DNA of 64,000 nucleotides, from contig NZ_SCTW01000078.1 of assembly GCF_004322395.1 (NCBI RefSeq), forward strand, positions 7,790 through 71,789. The letters are read 5' to 3'. Below the pieces are notes generated by a model that did no database searches, had not been told where the DNA came from, and saw only the letters and a program-made list of their open reading frames with translations. How positions within the stretch are numbered: the first letter of the stretch is position 1; each line of letters begins with the position of its first letter. The stretch is from Methylobacter sp. (GTDB lineage Bacteria; Pseudomonadota; Gammaproteobacteria; Methylococcales; Methylomonadaceae). Shown here one piece after another: positions 1-11,100 of this stretch. The translations under genes were made by a program, and so were the position numbers.

Positions 1-201
1 TTTTAGAGGAATAGCCTCGCCTTCAATTTCTTTATCGATGCCGGCCATGATGCGCAGCAGCGTCGATTTACCCGAGCCGTTTAAGCCCAATACGCCGATT
101 TTTGCGCCCGGAAAAAAAGACAGCGAGATATCCTTGAGGATATATTTTTTGGGCGGGACAATTTTGCCAACCCGGTTCATTGAGTATATGTATTGCGCCA
201 T
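1..201 (-). CDS. ettA: ABC-F translational throttle protein EttA (5' portion, truncated by window edge)
   Basis: Not in the ORF track. Hand translation from ATG at 201: [56 protein letters not shown], the typical EttA/YjjK N-terminus with Walker A GLNGSGKS. Confidence 0.92.
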   Translation of the reverse strand, partial: MAQYIYSMNRVGKIVPPKKYILKDISLSFFPGAKIGVLGLNGSGKSTLLRIMAGIDKEIEGEAIPLK

Positions 202-718
202 AGTGTTTATTTTATCTGTTTAAAATTAGTAAGAGGGTACCAGAAGTAAGCGTAAGCGCCTACATTCCTGTAGACAACGCGATGTCGGCTATTATTCCAT
301 GTTATTTAATAATTTTTAAGAGCCGTGCTGTTTTATATAAATGCCGATAAAAGTGTCTACGCAAAAACAGGCAGGGCTGAAAGTAGATTTCTCACCTGCC
401 CTCCTCTTTCATCAAACTGTATATGCATTTTCCCGCTTAGCAAGCGTCAGATGTTAGCCATATCCGGCAAGCCAACAAATAATTATCCAAAATATTCAGC
501 ACGGCAGAACAAAGCTCTCATGTTCATTCATTACATTTATACACAGCAATAATCAGTAACTTAGCGTAGTCTTCAAATGAGCTGCATAAAGCCCGATAAA
601 TAATCTCAAGGTATTGATAATACAACACAATTATTGATTAGGCGGGTTTTTGTACAATTTAACAAAACACTAATAAAAACCGTAAGTAAGCAATAAATAA
701 AACAAACAACACACAGAG

Positions 719-741
719 TTATCCACAGGTTTTGTGAATAA
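719..741. promoter_or_regulatory. Inverted pair of DnaA boxes with 5-bp spacer
   Basis: TTATCCACA (719-727) + GGTTT + TGTGAATAA (733-741; reverse complement TTATTCACA). Both match TTWTNCACA. Confidence 0.65.
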
Positions 742-762
742 CTATTTGACTCATATTATCAA

Positions 763-3444
763 TCAGTTATCAGCAATGTAAGATGGCAATATAAGAGAGT
801 CAATTAAAGCCGATAACTTTTCAAAATCCAGCGGCTTAAGCAAGTGATAGTTAAAACCGGTCGATTGCGAACGCTCCCAATCTTTAGTCTGCCCGTAGCC
901 GGTTAAAGCAATCAAGATCGCATCCCGGGTCTCCGGCAATGTGCGCAGCCGTTTGGCAACCTCATAACCATCCAAATCGGGAAGGCCAATATCGAGCAGC
1001 ACGATCTGCGGATGAAAAATCTGCGCCTGTTCGATCGCTTTCAAACCGCAATTGGCTGTTTCGACCTCATGTCCTTCTCCTTGCAACAGCATCGTCAAGC
1101 TTTCGACTGCATCGGCATAGTCATCCACGACCAAAATGCGGAATTTGTGCGTCGATGATGCGGATTTGGTTAATGTGGATTCTGTAGCCGATAAATCCAT
1201 CGACAATGTCGGCAATCTCACTGTAAATGAGCTGCCTTGACCTATACCGTCGCTTGCTGCGGTGACCGTGCCTCCATGTATTTCGACTAACTGACGCACC
1301 AGAGTTAGTCCAATACCCAGTCCGCTCTGGGAGTGAGTCTGGGAACGGTCGGCTTGAATAAAAAGATCGAAGATTTGCGGCAGGATATCGGGGGCGATGC
1401 CAATGCCGTTGTCCCGAACCTCGATAAAGGCATCAGAATCTTCCTGCATCACGCTTAAAGTGATTTTACCGCCCTTAGCGGTATACTTGGCGGCATTGTT
1501 CAGCAAATTAGATATAACTTGCGCCAGCCGTATACGATCGCCTTCGATCCACAGCGGAGTGTTAGTCCGCGAAATGACCAACTCCTGTCCTCGCGACTCG
1601 ATCAGTGGACGGCTGGTTTCAACCGCATTATTCACAATATCGTTAAGCTCGAAACGCTCGACCTCAAGCCTGACTTTGCCCTGTATGATGCGAGCCACAT
1701 CCAGCAAGTCATCAAGCAATCGCGACATATGAGTGACTTGACGGTCGATGACGTTGCAACTCCATGTCCGCGTCGGATCGGTAGCTTCCTTTCCTTCCTG
1801 TCTTTTCAATAACTGCACGGCATTGCGTATGGGGGCCAGAGGATTGCGGAGTTCGTGAGCCAGTATTGCCAGAAATTCGTCTTTACGGCGATCAGCCAAA
1901 CGTAGCGCTTCTTCGGCGCGCTTACGCTCGGTAATGTCGGTCGCAACGCCCAGCATTTTGTTACAATTATCATCGTCGAATAGCGGAACCTTGACTGTGC
2001 TATACCAATGTACAGAACCATCGGCAAGCGTGACTTTTTCCTCCTGGATGCGTTTCGGTTTACGGCTGCTTATAACATCGAGATCATTTTGATAAAAGTG
2101 AGCCGCTTTGTCAGGATTGAGATTTTCGTTGCTTACGCCGATCAAATTTTCAAGGCTAGTGCCATAGCTTTCGGCTAACGCTTTATTACCTAAAAGGAAT
2201 CGCCCCTCCTGATCTTTGACAAAGATAATGCTGGGTACCGTATCGATGACTTGTCTAAGGAAGGCGCGTTCATATTGCAATGTTTCTTGAGTATTTTTGA
2301 TGTCGGTAATGTCTTCAGTAGTTCCGAAAGCGCCGAACAATCCATTCTCGTCAAATTCGAGCTCAGCCAATTCGCGCACCCATTTAACCTTCCGGTTTAC
2401 TATAATCCGGTGTTCAATATTGTAGGACTTCCCGGCAAGAGCATCTTTCCATTCATTATCGACTGCCTCCCGGTCTGCCGGATGGATAAAATCAAAGAAC
2501 AATTGATTTGTTAAAGGCGTGTCTTTGGGTATGCCGAAAATTCGAAAAGTTTCGTCAGACCATTCCAGTGTATTATTGCGTACATTCACGCGCCAACTGC
2601 CGACATGAGCGACTGCTTGGGCGCGGTTCAGATCCATCTGGCTCTCACGCAAAGCTTTTTCGATTCGCTTGCGTTCCGTGATATTGGTACCCACCGTGCC
2701 CAAGCTAACTATTTTATTATTTGAGTCCTTCAGAGCGACAACGCTATAGATCATCCACAAAGCCTTTCCAGTTTTGAAATGCCGGAAGCGGATTTCAGTA
2801 GCACCGCCACCATCACGTAATATCATCGGAAAGAACCGATCCATAATAAATACCTGATCTTCCGGAAAGAAGAATTCTTTGACAGGGGTTTTAAGGCCCT
2901 GTTCAAGATTATCCAGGCCTACCAGACGCAGTCCCGCATCATTGATAAAAAAAGGTATGCCTTCTGTATCGCACATGCCGATAAACTCAGTGCTGCTTTT
3001 GGCAAGTGAAATATATAAATCCCGCTCTGCTTGCGTTCGATTGAGCTCGGCAATTTGCTGTTTAAGCTGTTCCTCTCGTTTCATAACCATATGCAATGCC
3101 CGCTTTTCCTGGTCATGCAAGCGTGCAATGACCAGACTGCATATTGCGCCCACAGTAACTAAGAACACGATGCGTAGCCTTTCACTAGGCTGAACGATAT
3201 AAAACGAGTTGTAAGGCTCGACCAAAAAATAACTGCTTGCTACCGCACTTAACATCGTAATAAAAAGCCCTGCTTTTAATCCTCCATACCAAGCGGCAAA
3301 AGCGATAACGACTAAAAAGAGCAATAACGGCGGAGAGTCTCCGAAAACAAACCGGATATCTTCTAAAATAAATAAAATAGCCGCAGTTCCCAATATTGCG
3401 GAGATATAGATGTTGCTGAAAAAATATTTAAGGAAACCTCTCAT
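763..3444 (-). CDS. Hybrid sensor histidine kinase (N-terminal DUF4118-like TM region, multiple PAS, HisKA, HATPase, receiver)
   Basis: Hydrophobic N-terminus; several PAS/PAC ends (DITERKRAE); H-box LAHELRNPL; G boxes DNGIGI and GLGIGL; C-terminal REC (VVDD...LLDIGLP...KP). Confidence 0.9.
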   Translation of the reverse strand: MRGFLKYFFSNIYISAILGTAAILFILEDIRFVFGDSPPLLLFLVVIAFAAWYGGLKAGLFITMLSAVASSYFLVEPYNSFYIVQPSERLRIVFLVTVGAICSLVIARLHDQEKRALHMVMKREEQLKQQIAELNRTQAERDLYISLAKSSTEFIGMCDTEGIPFFINDAGLRLVGLDNLEQGLKTPVKEFFFPEDQVFIMDRFFPMILRDGGGATEIRFRHFKTGKALWMIYSVVALKDSNNKIVSLGTVGTNITERKRIEKALRESQMDLNRAQAVAHVGSWRVNVRNNTLEWSDETFRIFGIPKDTPLTNQLFFDFIHPADREAVDNEWKDALAGKSYNIEHRIIVNRKVKWVRELAELEFDENGLFGAFGTTEDITDIKNTQETLQYERAFLRQVIDTVPSIIFVKDQEGRFLLGNKALAESYGTSLENLIGVSNENLNPDKAAHFYQNDLDVISSRKPKRIQEEKVTLADGSVHWYSTVKVPLFDDDNCNKMLGVATDITERKRAEEALRLADRRKDEFLAILAHELRNPLAPIRNAVQLLKRQEGKEATDPTRTWSCNVIDRQVTHMSRLLDDLLDVARIIQGKVRLEVERFELNDIVNNAVETSRPLIESRGQELVISRTNTPLWIEGDRIRLAQVISNLLNNAAKYTAKGGKITLSVMQEDSDAFIEVRDNGIGIAPDILPQIFDLFIQADRSQTHSQSGLGIGLTLVRQLVEIHGGTVTAASDGIGQGSSFTVRLPTLSMDLSATESTLTKSASSTHKFRILVVDDYADAVESLTMLLQGEGHEVETANCGLKAIEQAQIFHPQIVLLDIGLPDLDGYEVAKRLRTLPETRDAILIALTGYGQTKDWERSQSTGFNYHLLKPLDFEKLSALIDSLILPSYIADN

Positions 3445-3534
3445 CGCTTTTCCATAACGTGCTCTAACGCACGTTGTTAAAAATCGTTAAAAATCACATA
3501 AAGAATTTTTAACATTGAATTAATAAAATTCTTG

Positions 3535-3978
3535 TTAAAGATTCGGCAAATATTGAGGGAGATATTGGCGAATGTCAGCGGCACTCAACGTCGTGATTTC
3601 TTTGTCGATTTCAAGACGAACCAGCTTTTTAAGCTGCTCTTGCAGATGATTGCGCAGCATACCAAGAAAAGAGGGAGCAGCAACAATGATTAATTGTTCA
3701 AACCGGTTTTTATTGTGCGCGTCTTCCAGATATTGGGCAATGCGATGCGCAAAATTGTCGGCTTCGTGTTTTTTCGGATCGGTAGGTTGCTCAAAAGCGT
3801 GTCCGCCTCCATCGGCGCTTTTGATCTTTCCCGGCAGATCGGACGTTATTTCCCGGTCATGTAAACGACCTCCCGTATGGGATAAATCTTCGATTTCCTC
3901 TAAAGTGGAAGAAGGGGTGTCAGCAGTAAAAATACGTGCTCGCGTATTATCGGCAACAACTATCCAGGTTAACTTCAT
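3535..3978 (-). CDS. Host attachment family protein (baeRF12-like)
   Basis: TWIVVADNTRARIF start, LIIVAAPSFLGMLR and EIDKEIT motifs characteristic of this family. Confidence 0.8.
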   Translation of the reverse strand: MKLTWIVVADNTRARIFTADTPSSTLEEIEDLSHTGGRLHDREITSDLPGKIKSADGGGHAFEQPTDPKKHEADNFAHRIAQYLEDAHNKNRFEQLIIVAAPSFLGMLRNHLQEQLKKLVRLEIDKEITTLSAADIRQYLPQYLPNL

Positions 3979-4271
3979 GATTGCTCCCTCTGTAGCGGTT
4001 TTGTTTGATATATATTATTTACAAAAACCGTTAAATCTAAAAAACATCCGGTTTTGCATTACTGACGCAGGCTTTTGTATTACTTTGATATTATTTATTT
4101 AATTTTAGAGTAAAGAAATTATAGCCCCTAATCAATAAGTAGTATTACTGAGAAAATGAAGCATTTAGAAGGTTTTATTAATAGTTATTATCTTGATCAC
4201 ACGAATTTTTACTAGAAAAGGTAAAATAACTCATCCGTATAAATAATAACGTGAATCAGCTTTCTAATCTC

Positions 4272-7200
4272 ATGCAGCCGGCATTTGTCCATTTAAGACT
4301 CCACACTGAATTTTCCCTGGTAGACGGGATCGTCAAAATAAAGCCCTTGGTCAAGCGTTTGGCAGAGCTAAATATGCCGGCGATTGCGGTCACCGAGCAC
4401 GCTAATCTGTTTTCGCTGGTCAAATTCTATAAAGCGGCGCTAGGACAAGGCATCAAAGCGATAGCCGGTTCCGATGTGTTGGTTTTTAATCCCGAAGACC
4501 CCGCTACACCGTATTGTCTGACCTTGCTGGTCAAAAACCCCACCGGTTACATTACACTGACCGAGCTGATCTCAAAAGCCTATCAGGAAGGCCAGCATCA
4601 AGGCGTGCCGATGCTTCGGCAGGAATGGATAGAAGCCAACCATAACGGCTTGATTGCATTGTCCGGCGCGATGAGCGGCGATATCGGCAAGGCGTTGTTA
4701 GCCGAAAACCATGATGCGGCCAAGCGGCTGGCGGAGTTTTGGGGCGGATTATTCGAGCAAAGCTTTTACCTGGAATTGCAAAGGATCGGTAAACCTGAAG
4801 AAGAACGCTATATCGCCGCAGCGGTCGAACTGGCGTTAGCAACCGGTTTGCCGGTAGTGGCGACCAATGATGTGCGCTTTATCGATCAACAGGATTTTGC
4901 CGCCCATGAAGTGCGGGTTTGCATCAATCAGGGGCGGGTGCTGGATGATACGCGCCGGCCCAAGAATTATACCGAACAGCAATATTTACGTAGCAGCGAA
5001 GAAATGCAGGCGTTGTTTGCCGATATACCCGAGGCGTTGGAAAACACCGTGGAAATCGCCAAGCGCTGCAACTTAAAACTGACACTGGGCGAAAACTTTC
5101 TGCCGGATTTCCCGGTGCCTGAAGGCATGAATCTGGGTGAATTTATGGCCGAGGAGTCCATGAAAGGCCTGGAAGAGCGCTTGTTGCATCACCCGGCGGT
5201 GGGTAAAGGTACCGATGAGGAAAACCGGCGCGTTTACTATGAACGGCTGGATTTCGAATTGAAAATGATCACCCAGATGGGTTTTCCCGGTTACTTTATG
5301 ATTGTTGCCGACTTTATCCAGTGGGCAAAAAACAATTTTATCCCGGTCGGACCGGGACGGGGTTCGGGTGCGGGCTCGCTGGTGGCTTACGCGCTTAAAA
5401 TTACCGACCTCGATCCTATCGAATTCGATCTGCTGTTTGAGCGGTTCTTAAATCCCGAGCGAATTTCAATGCCTGACTTTGACGTGGATTTCTGCATGGA
5501 TCGCCGCGATGAGGTCATTGACTATGTCGCCCGGCATTACGGGCGGGATCATGTCGCGCAAATCATCACCTATGGTTCTATGGCGGCAAAAGCGGTTATT
5601 CGCGATGTCGGCCGCGTGCTGGGTTTCGGCTACGGTTTTGTCGATAGACTGGCCAAACTGATTCCCTTTGAAATCGGCATGACGCTAACGAAAGCGCTGA
5701 GCGACAGCCCGGAACTCAAACAGCTTTATGACACCGAAGAGGAAGTCAAGACGCTAATCGATATGGCTTTGTCGCTGGAAGGCACGTCCCGAAATGCCGG
5801 CAAACATGCCGGTGGCGTGGTCATTTCGCCGACCAAGCTGACCGATTTTACGCCGCTGTATTGCGACCAGGAAGGCAATAATCTGGTCACTCAGTTCGAC
5901 AAGGATGACGTGGAAGCGGTCGGCCTGGTCAAGTTCGACTTTTTGGGCTTGCGCACGCTGACCATTATCGATTGGGCATTACAGGACATTAACGCCAAGC
6001 AAAAGCAGTTAGGCAAGCCGCCAGTCGATATAACGACCATCCCCCGAGATGATGCCGCATCATACGAATTGTTAAAAAACGCCCAGACCACTGCGGTGTT
6101 CCAGCTGGAATCGCGCGGCATGAAGGAGTTGATTAAAAAACTGAAACCCGACTGTTTCGACGACATTATCGCGCTGGTGGCGCTGTTCCGTCCGGGGCCT
6201 TTGGAATCGGGCATGGTCGACGATTACATCAATGTCAAGCACGGCGCCAAAGCGGAGTACGCGCATCCGTTGCTGGAGCCGATTTTAAAGCCCACCAACG
6301 GCGTTATTTTGTACCAGGAACAGGTGATGCAAATCGCCCGTGAAATGGCGCTGTACACGCTGGGAGGAGCGGACATGCTGCGCCGGGCGATGGGTAAGAA
6401 AAAACCGGAAGAAATGGCCAAGGAGCGGGATAAATTTACCGCCGGTGCGATAGAAAACCAAGTCGATGAAAAAATAGCCACTTACGTGTTCGATTTGATG
6501 GAAAAATTTGCCGGTTACGGTTTCAATAAATCGCATTCCGCCGCTTACGCCTTAGTCGCTTATCAAACCGCTTGGCTAAAAGCCCATTATCGCCCCGAGT
6601 TCATGGCTGCGGTGTTGTCGGCCGATATGGACAACACCGATAAAGTGGTGATCTTGATTGAAGAATGCAGGCAGATGAAACTGGAAATTCTTCCGCCCAC
6701 CATCAATGTTTCAAAATACAAATTTACCGTAAACGATACTGGCCAGATCGTCTACGGTTTGGGCGCCTTAAAAGGGGTGGGTGAAGCGGCCATTGAAGAA
6801 ATGCTGATAGAGCGGGAAGAAAATGGCTTATTTTCCGGACTGTACGATTTATGCAAGCGGGTGGATTTGCGCAAATTCAACCGGCGGGTTTTGGAAGCCT
6901 TAATACGCGCCGGGGCTTTCGATGAGTTCGATGATAACCGGGCCGGGCATTTGGCCGAGCTATCCACGGTTTTAAAAGTTGCCGAGCAGCACGGAAAAAA
7001 TGCGCAAACAGGGCAGAACGATTTGTTCGGCTTGGCTGTTAATGCCGAAAATATCGATGATGCACATGCTTATTCCACCGTGGTTGAGCCTTGGTCTGAA
7101 AATGAACGGTTGGCTGCCGAAAAACTGGTTCTGGGTTTGTTTTTGACCGGGCACCCGATAAACCAATACGAGGCTGAATTACGACAATTTACTAACGGAA

Positions 7201-7766
7201 CCATAGAGTCGCTGCTAGCCACTGTGGAGCGATCCAAAAGTAGGAAAATGGAAGCCCGAACAGCCGGTTTAGTCGTCGAAGTGCGCACTCGTCAAACCAA
7301 AAACGGTAAAATCATGGGTTTTGCAACCATTGATGACCGAACCGGTAGGCTGGAAATTGCGGCCTTTGGCGATGTCTACGAAAAATACCGGAGCATTTTT
7401 TCCCGCGACAGCCTCTTAATTGCGGAAGGCGCATTGGGGATTGATGATTATTTGGGAACGCTGCGTTTAACGGTGGAAAAATTGTACAGCATGGAGCAGG
7501 CCAGAGAGGCTTATGCCAGAAGCATACAGCTGACATGGAAAGCGACGGACAATGAGCACGAAAGCCATGCCTTCATGCCAAAATTGATTGCAGCTCTGGA
7601 GCCCTTTAAAGGCGGGAACTGCCCTGTGGGAATCAGTTATTCATCAAAGATTGCAAAAGCAAATTTGCAACTGGGCGATGACTGGCGCGTCCACCCCACT
7701 GATGAATTGGTTGCGCGATTGAGGGCGTTGTTGGGGAAAAGGGCTGTAGAGGTTAAGTACAGATGA
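4272..7766 (+). CDS. dnaE: DNA polymerase III alpha subunit
   Basis: PHP motif HLRLHTEFSLVDG, GPGRGSGAGS, catalytic MPDFDVDF, FNKSHSAAY. ATG at 4272 preferred over GTG at 4251. No intein seen. Confidence 0.97.
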   Translation: MQPAFVHLRLHTEFSLVDGIVKIKPLVKRLAELNMPAIAVTEHANLFSLVKFYKAALGQGIKAIAGSDVLVFNPEDPATPYCLTLLVKNPTGYITLTELISKAYQEGQHQGVPMLRQEWIEANHNGLIALSGAMSGDIGKALLAENHDAAKRLAEFWGGLFEQSFYLELQRIGKPEEERYIAAAVELALATGLPVVATNDVRFIDQQDFAAHEVRVCINQGRVLDDTRRPKNYTEQQYLRSSEEMQALFADIPEALENTVEIAKRCNLKLTLGENFLPDFPVPEGMNLGEFMAEESMKGLEERLLHHPAVGKGTDEENRRVYYERLDFELKMITQMGFPGYFMIVADFIQWAKNNFIPVGPGRGSGAGSLVAYALKITDLDPIEFDLLFERFLNPERISMPDFDVDFCMDRRDEVIDYVARHYGRDHVAQIITYGSMAAKAVIRDVGRVLGFGYGFVDRLAKLIPFEIGMTLTKALSDSPELKQLYDTEEEVKTLIDMALSLEGTSRNAGKHAGGVVISPTKLTDFTPLYCDQEGNNLVTQFDKDDVEAVGLVKFDFLGLRTLTIIDWALQDINAKQKQLGKPPVDITTIPRDDAASYELLKNAQTTAVFQLESRGMKELIKKLKPDCFDDIIALVALFRPGPLESGMVDDYINVKHGAKAEYAHPLLEPILKPTNGVILYQEQVMQIAREMALYTLGGADMLRRAMGKKKPEEMAKERDKFTAGAIENQVDEKIATYVFDLMEKFAGYGFNKSHSAAYALVAYQTAWLKAHYRPEFMAAVLSADMDNTDKVVILIEECRQMKLEILPPTINVSKYKFTVNDTGQIVYGLGALKGVGEAAIEEMLIEREENGLFSGLYDLCKRVDLRKFNRRVLEALIRAGAFDEFDDNRAGHLAELSTVLKVAEQHGKNAQTGQNDLFGLAVNAENIDDAHAYSTVVEPWSENERLAAEKLVLGLFLTGHPINQYEAELRQFTNGTIESLLATVERSKSRKMEARTAGLVVEVRTRQTKNGKIMGFATIDDRTGRLEIAAFGDVYEKYRSIFSRDSLLIAEGALGIDDYLGTLRLTVEKLYSMEQAREAYARSIQLTWKATDNEHESHAFMPKLIAALEPFKGGNCPVGISYSSKIAKANLQLGDDWRVHPTDELVARLRALLGKRAVEVKYR

Positions 7767-7964
7767 AAAGGGATATTCGAACTTTAGCATAAAGGGCGAC
7801 CGGCCGGACATCTTACAATGGCCACACCATTTGGGCGAATAACATTGACTGGCAATAGGTTCATAAAAACAGCGAACATTTGCACTGTGTAATAGCAAAG
7901 TTACAAACCTGCGGTGCTTGAATGTTTCTTTATGCATTGCGCTGTTCTACCGACAAATTTCTAG

Positions 7965-8005
7965 GAAAGGCTGATACAATCCCACTGAAGTGTCAGCTTT
8001 CTTTT
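7965..8005 (+). terminator. Possible intrinsic terminator downstream of dnaE
   Basis: Imperfect stem GAAAGGCTGATAC / GTGTCAGCTTTC followed by TTTT, about 200 nt after the dnaE stop. Confidence 0.4.
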
Positions 8006-8110
8006 AAATCTAGAGTTTTTTGTTTTAAACAATGTTGCACCTCATCACCGCATAGTTAAAGCCGGTCTAGGTCATCGTAGTACGAATTTCAGAAGGGATG
8101 TGACAGTAAT

Positions 8111-11100
8111 ATGATTTTTCCAGTCAAAAAATTCTTCACCGGTCTTGCCGACTCACTGCTTAGGCCCTGGCTGATCTCGGCGTTAATCATATTTGGCGGC
8201 TTTGGCATCACTGCCGGTTTGTGGCGTGATGCACAGCAGATGATGACGGGTGGCCTGCAAGCCGAGTTCGATGTTGCTGCGGATCAAATAGCACATAACT
8301 TCCTCAAACGTATCATAGCCTATGAAGTGGTCATGCGAGGAGTTAAAGGTTATTTCGAAGGTTCTAAGTTCATTACTCGCGATGAGTTTCGGACTTACGT
8401 CCAAGACCTGCAAATACAGGAAAAAACTCCCGGCGTTCAGGGAATCGGCTTGGTGTTGATAGTGAATAAGGACGACAAAACCAGACATGAAAGCGCAATT
8501 CACAAGCAGGACTTTCCTGATTACCGCATCAAGCCGGAAGGCAACCGCGACCGTTATGCTCCTATCGTTTTTATGGAACCTTCGGAAGACAACGCCAAGG
8601 CGTTAGGCTTTGATATCCTAACTGTCCCGGAAATCCGGATTGCCTTGGAGCGGTCTGCCGAAACCGGCGAAGTGGCGGTCACTAGTCACATCACCTTAAT
8701 CCAGGATTCCGGAAAACCGGATTTGTTGGGTTTCGTGATGTACCTGCCTATTTATCGGGATGGCGTAAAACCCGATAAGCAAGCCGATCTGAGCACCGCG
8801 ATTATCGGCTGGGTGGATGTGCCTTTCCGCATAAATGATTTGATGGCTGGGTTGCGCGGCGAATTCGACCCGGACTTACTGTTGGAAATCCATGACGGAG
8901 AGCCAAAATCCGGGCAAACCCGATTATATCGCTCAGACGGCAAGCTTGATCAGGACATACTAACCTCCGGTAATCCGCAGACTCGCCGTCAAGTCAATGT
9001 CGGCGATCACCAATGGACGCTGTTAATGTCCACGACACCGGCTTTCGAAGCCCGCATGTCATCTAAGAATCAACCTGTTCAGGTAGCAGTAACAGGTGTT
9101 GCAATAACACTGCTATTGAGCGCATTGATCTGGTTCCAGACTAGCCGACGAAATCGCGCCCATGCTTATTTTCGGCAACTGTTTGATCTGGACGGTGACG
9201 GTGTCCTGATACTGACCCCCAATTTCAATATAGTTAAAGCGAATCCCGCTGCACTAAATATGCTGGGCTATACCTCTAACGAACTACTTGAACTGCATCT
9301 GCCCGATATATTGGCAAAGAAAGAACATCAGCGGCTGGAACCAGCTATTAATCGACTGATGGCCGGTTCATTACATCGGGAAGAATGGCTGCCAGTGCGC
9401 AAGGACGGTAGCGAGTTTCTTGTAGAGGTAAGAGCGCACAAGATGGACGACAAGTGTTTCATTGCTGTTTTTCGCGATTTGACGGAACAAAAAAAAGCCG
9501 AACAACGTATCCAACGGCTAACGCAACTCTATCAAGCGCTTAGCGAAACCAACCAGGCCATCGTGCGCATGGAAAAGGACACCGATTTGTTTTCTCTGGT
9601 CTGCCAGTATGCGGTGCAGTATGGCGGCATGACTATGGCTTGGATAGGCCAACTGGAAGAATCCGGCTCATCGATAGTACCGGTAAGCGCTTACGGCGCC
9701 GGATTGGAGTATCTCGATGATCTCACTATCTCCTCAAACGATGATGTTTTGGAAGGATGTGGGCCGACAGGGACGGCATTACGCGAAAACCGTGCAGTCA
9801 TTATCAACGACTATCTTGCTGCCCCATCGTCCCGTCCCTGGCATGCGCTGGCTAAGCAATTCGGTTGGGATTCAGCGGCAGCTTTTCCCATTCAGCGTAA
9901 TGACAAGCCCTTTGCGGTATTGAATGTTTATCATACCGAAGCGGACGCCTTCGATACGGAAGCGATATGTTTACTCACCGAGATGGCAGGCGATGTTAGT
10001 TTCGCGCTGGACAACTGGGATCGCGAAGTCCGGCGTTTGGCAGCAGAAAAAGCACTTGCTGAAAATGAAGCCAGGATGGCTCTGATACTGGGGAACGTCG
10101 GCGCTTTTATCTATCTTAAAGATAGCGAAGGGCGCTACCTGTTCGCCAATCGGCAAGTGCTCGATTTATGGGGAGCAATGCCGGAAGAAGTGATCGGCTT
10201 CGGGGATGATAAATTCTTCGATGAGCAAACCGTCGCCCACATACGCGAGACTGACCGGCGCGTATTGGCGGATGGCGAAACTGTCCGGAATGAAGAAACC
10301 AATACCGTCTCAAAGACCGGCAAGGCCGCAACCTATTGGACAGTCAAACTGCCTCTGCATCGCCCGGATGGCGGTATTTACGCCCTTTGCGGCATTTCGA
10401 CCGACATCACCGAACGCAAACAAGCAGAAATAGCGCTACGCGAAGGCGAGGAACGCTACCGCCTGCTGTTCACTGCCAATCCGGTGCCGATGTGGGTGTA
10501 TGACCTTAACACGCTGGCTTTCATTGCCGTGAACAACGCCGCAATCACGCATTACGGTTATACACGCGAAGAGTTTCTTGACATGACGATCGCCGAGCTT
10601 TGGCCGATGGCGGATGTGCCTGACTTACAGGCTAAAACTCAGCAGTCTTCCGGCAATATCGGCATTTACAGGCAGGCTGGTATGTATAGGCATCGTAAGA
10701 AAAACGGCAGTTTGATCTGGGTCGAGATTAGCGAGCATACCTTGAATTTTGAAGGGCTGGATGCACAGATTGTACTTGCATTCGATGTCTCGTCGCGCAT
10801 CGCTTCGGAACAACAATTACGGCTCAACGCACAGGTGTTCGAGTGCAGCCGCGAAGGTATTTTAATCACCGATGCCGACAACAAAATTGTTGCCGTAAAT
10901 TCAGCTTATTGCGAAATGACCGGTTATAAAGCGGAAGAAGTAATTGGCAAGAACCCTAGTCTTATTTCCTCTGGAAAACACAACAAGACTTTTTACGATG
11001 CAATGTGGCGTGATATTTTGAATAACGGACACTGGCAGGGCGAAGTCACCAATTGCCGCAAGAACGGCGACTTTTATACACAGTGGCTCGCCATCAGCAC

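Noticed and set aside
202-660. ORF 325-552 and hairpins (about 369-400; 588-650) in the ettA upstream region as a gene or sRNA
   Set aside because: The ORF has no recognisable motif. The hairpins are imperfect and I found no clear promoter-terminator pairing.
650-762. oriC at the DnaA boxes
   Set aside because: Only two boxes, no clear DUE repeats, and no dnaA, gidA or rpmH context.
4272-7766. Intein or unusual split in dnaE; absence of rnhB/accA neighbours
   Set aside because: Length and motifs are continuous and normal; altered synteny alone is not remarkable.
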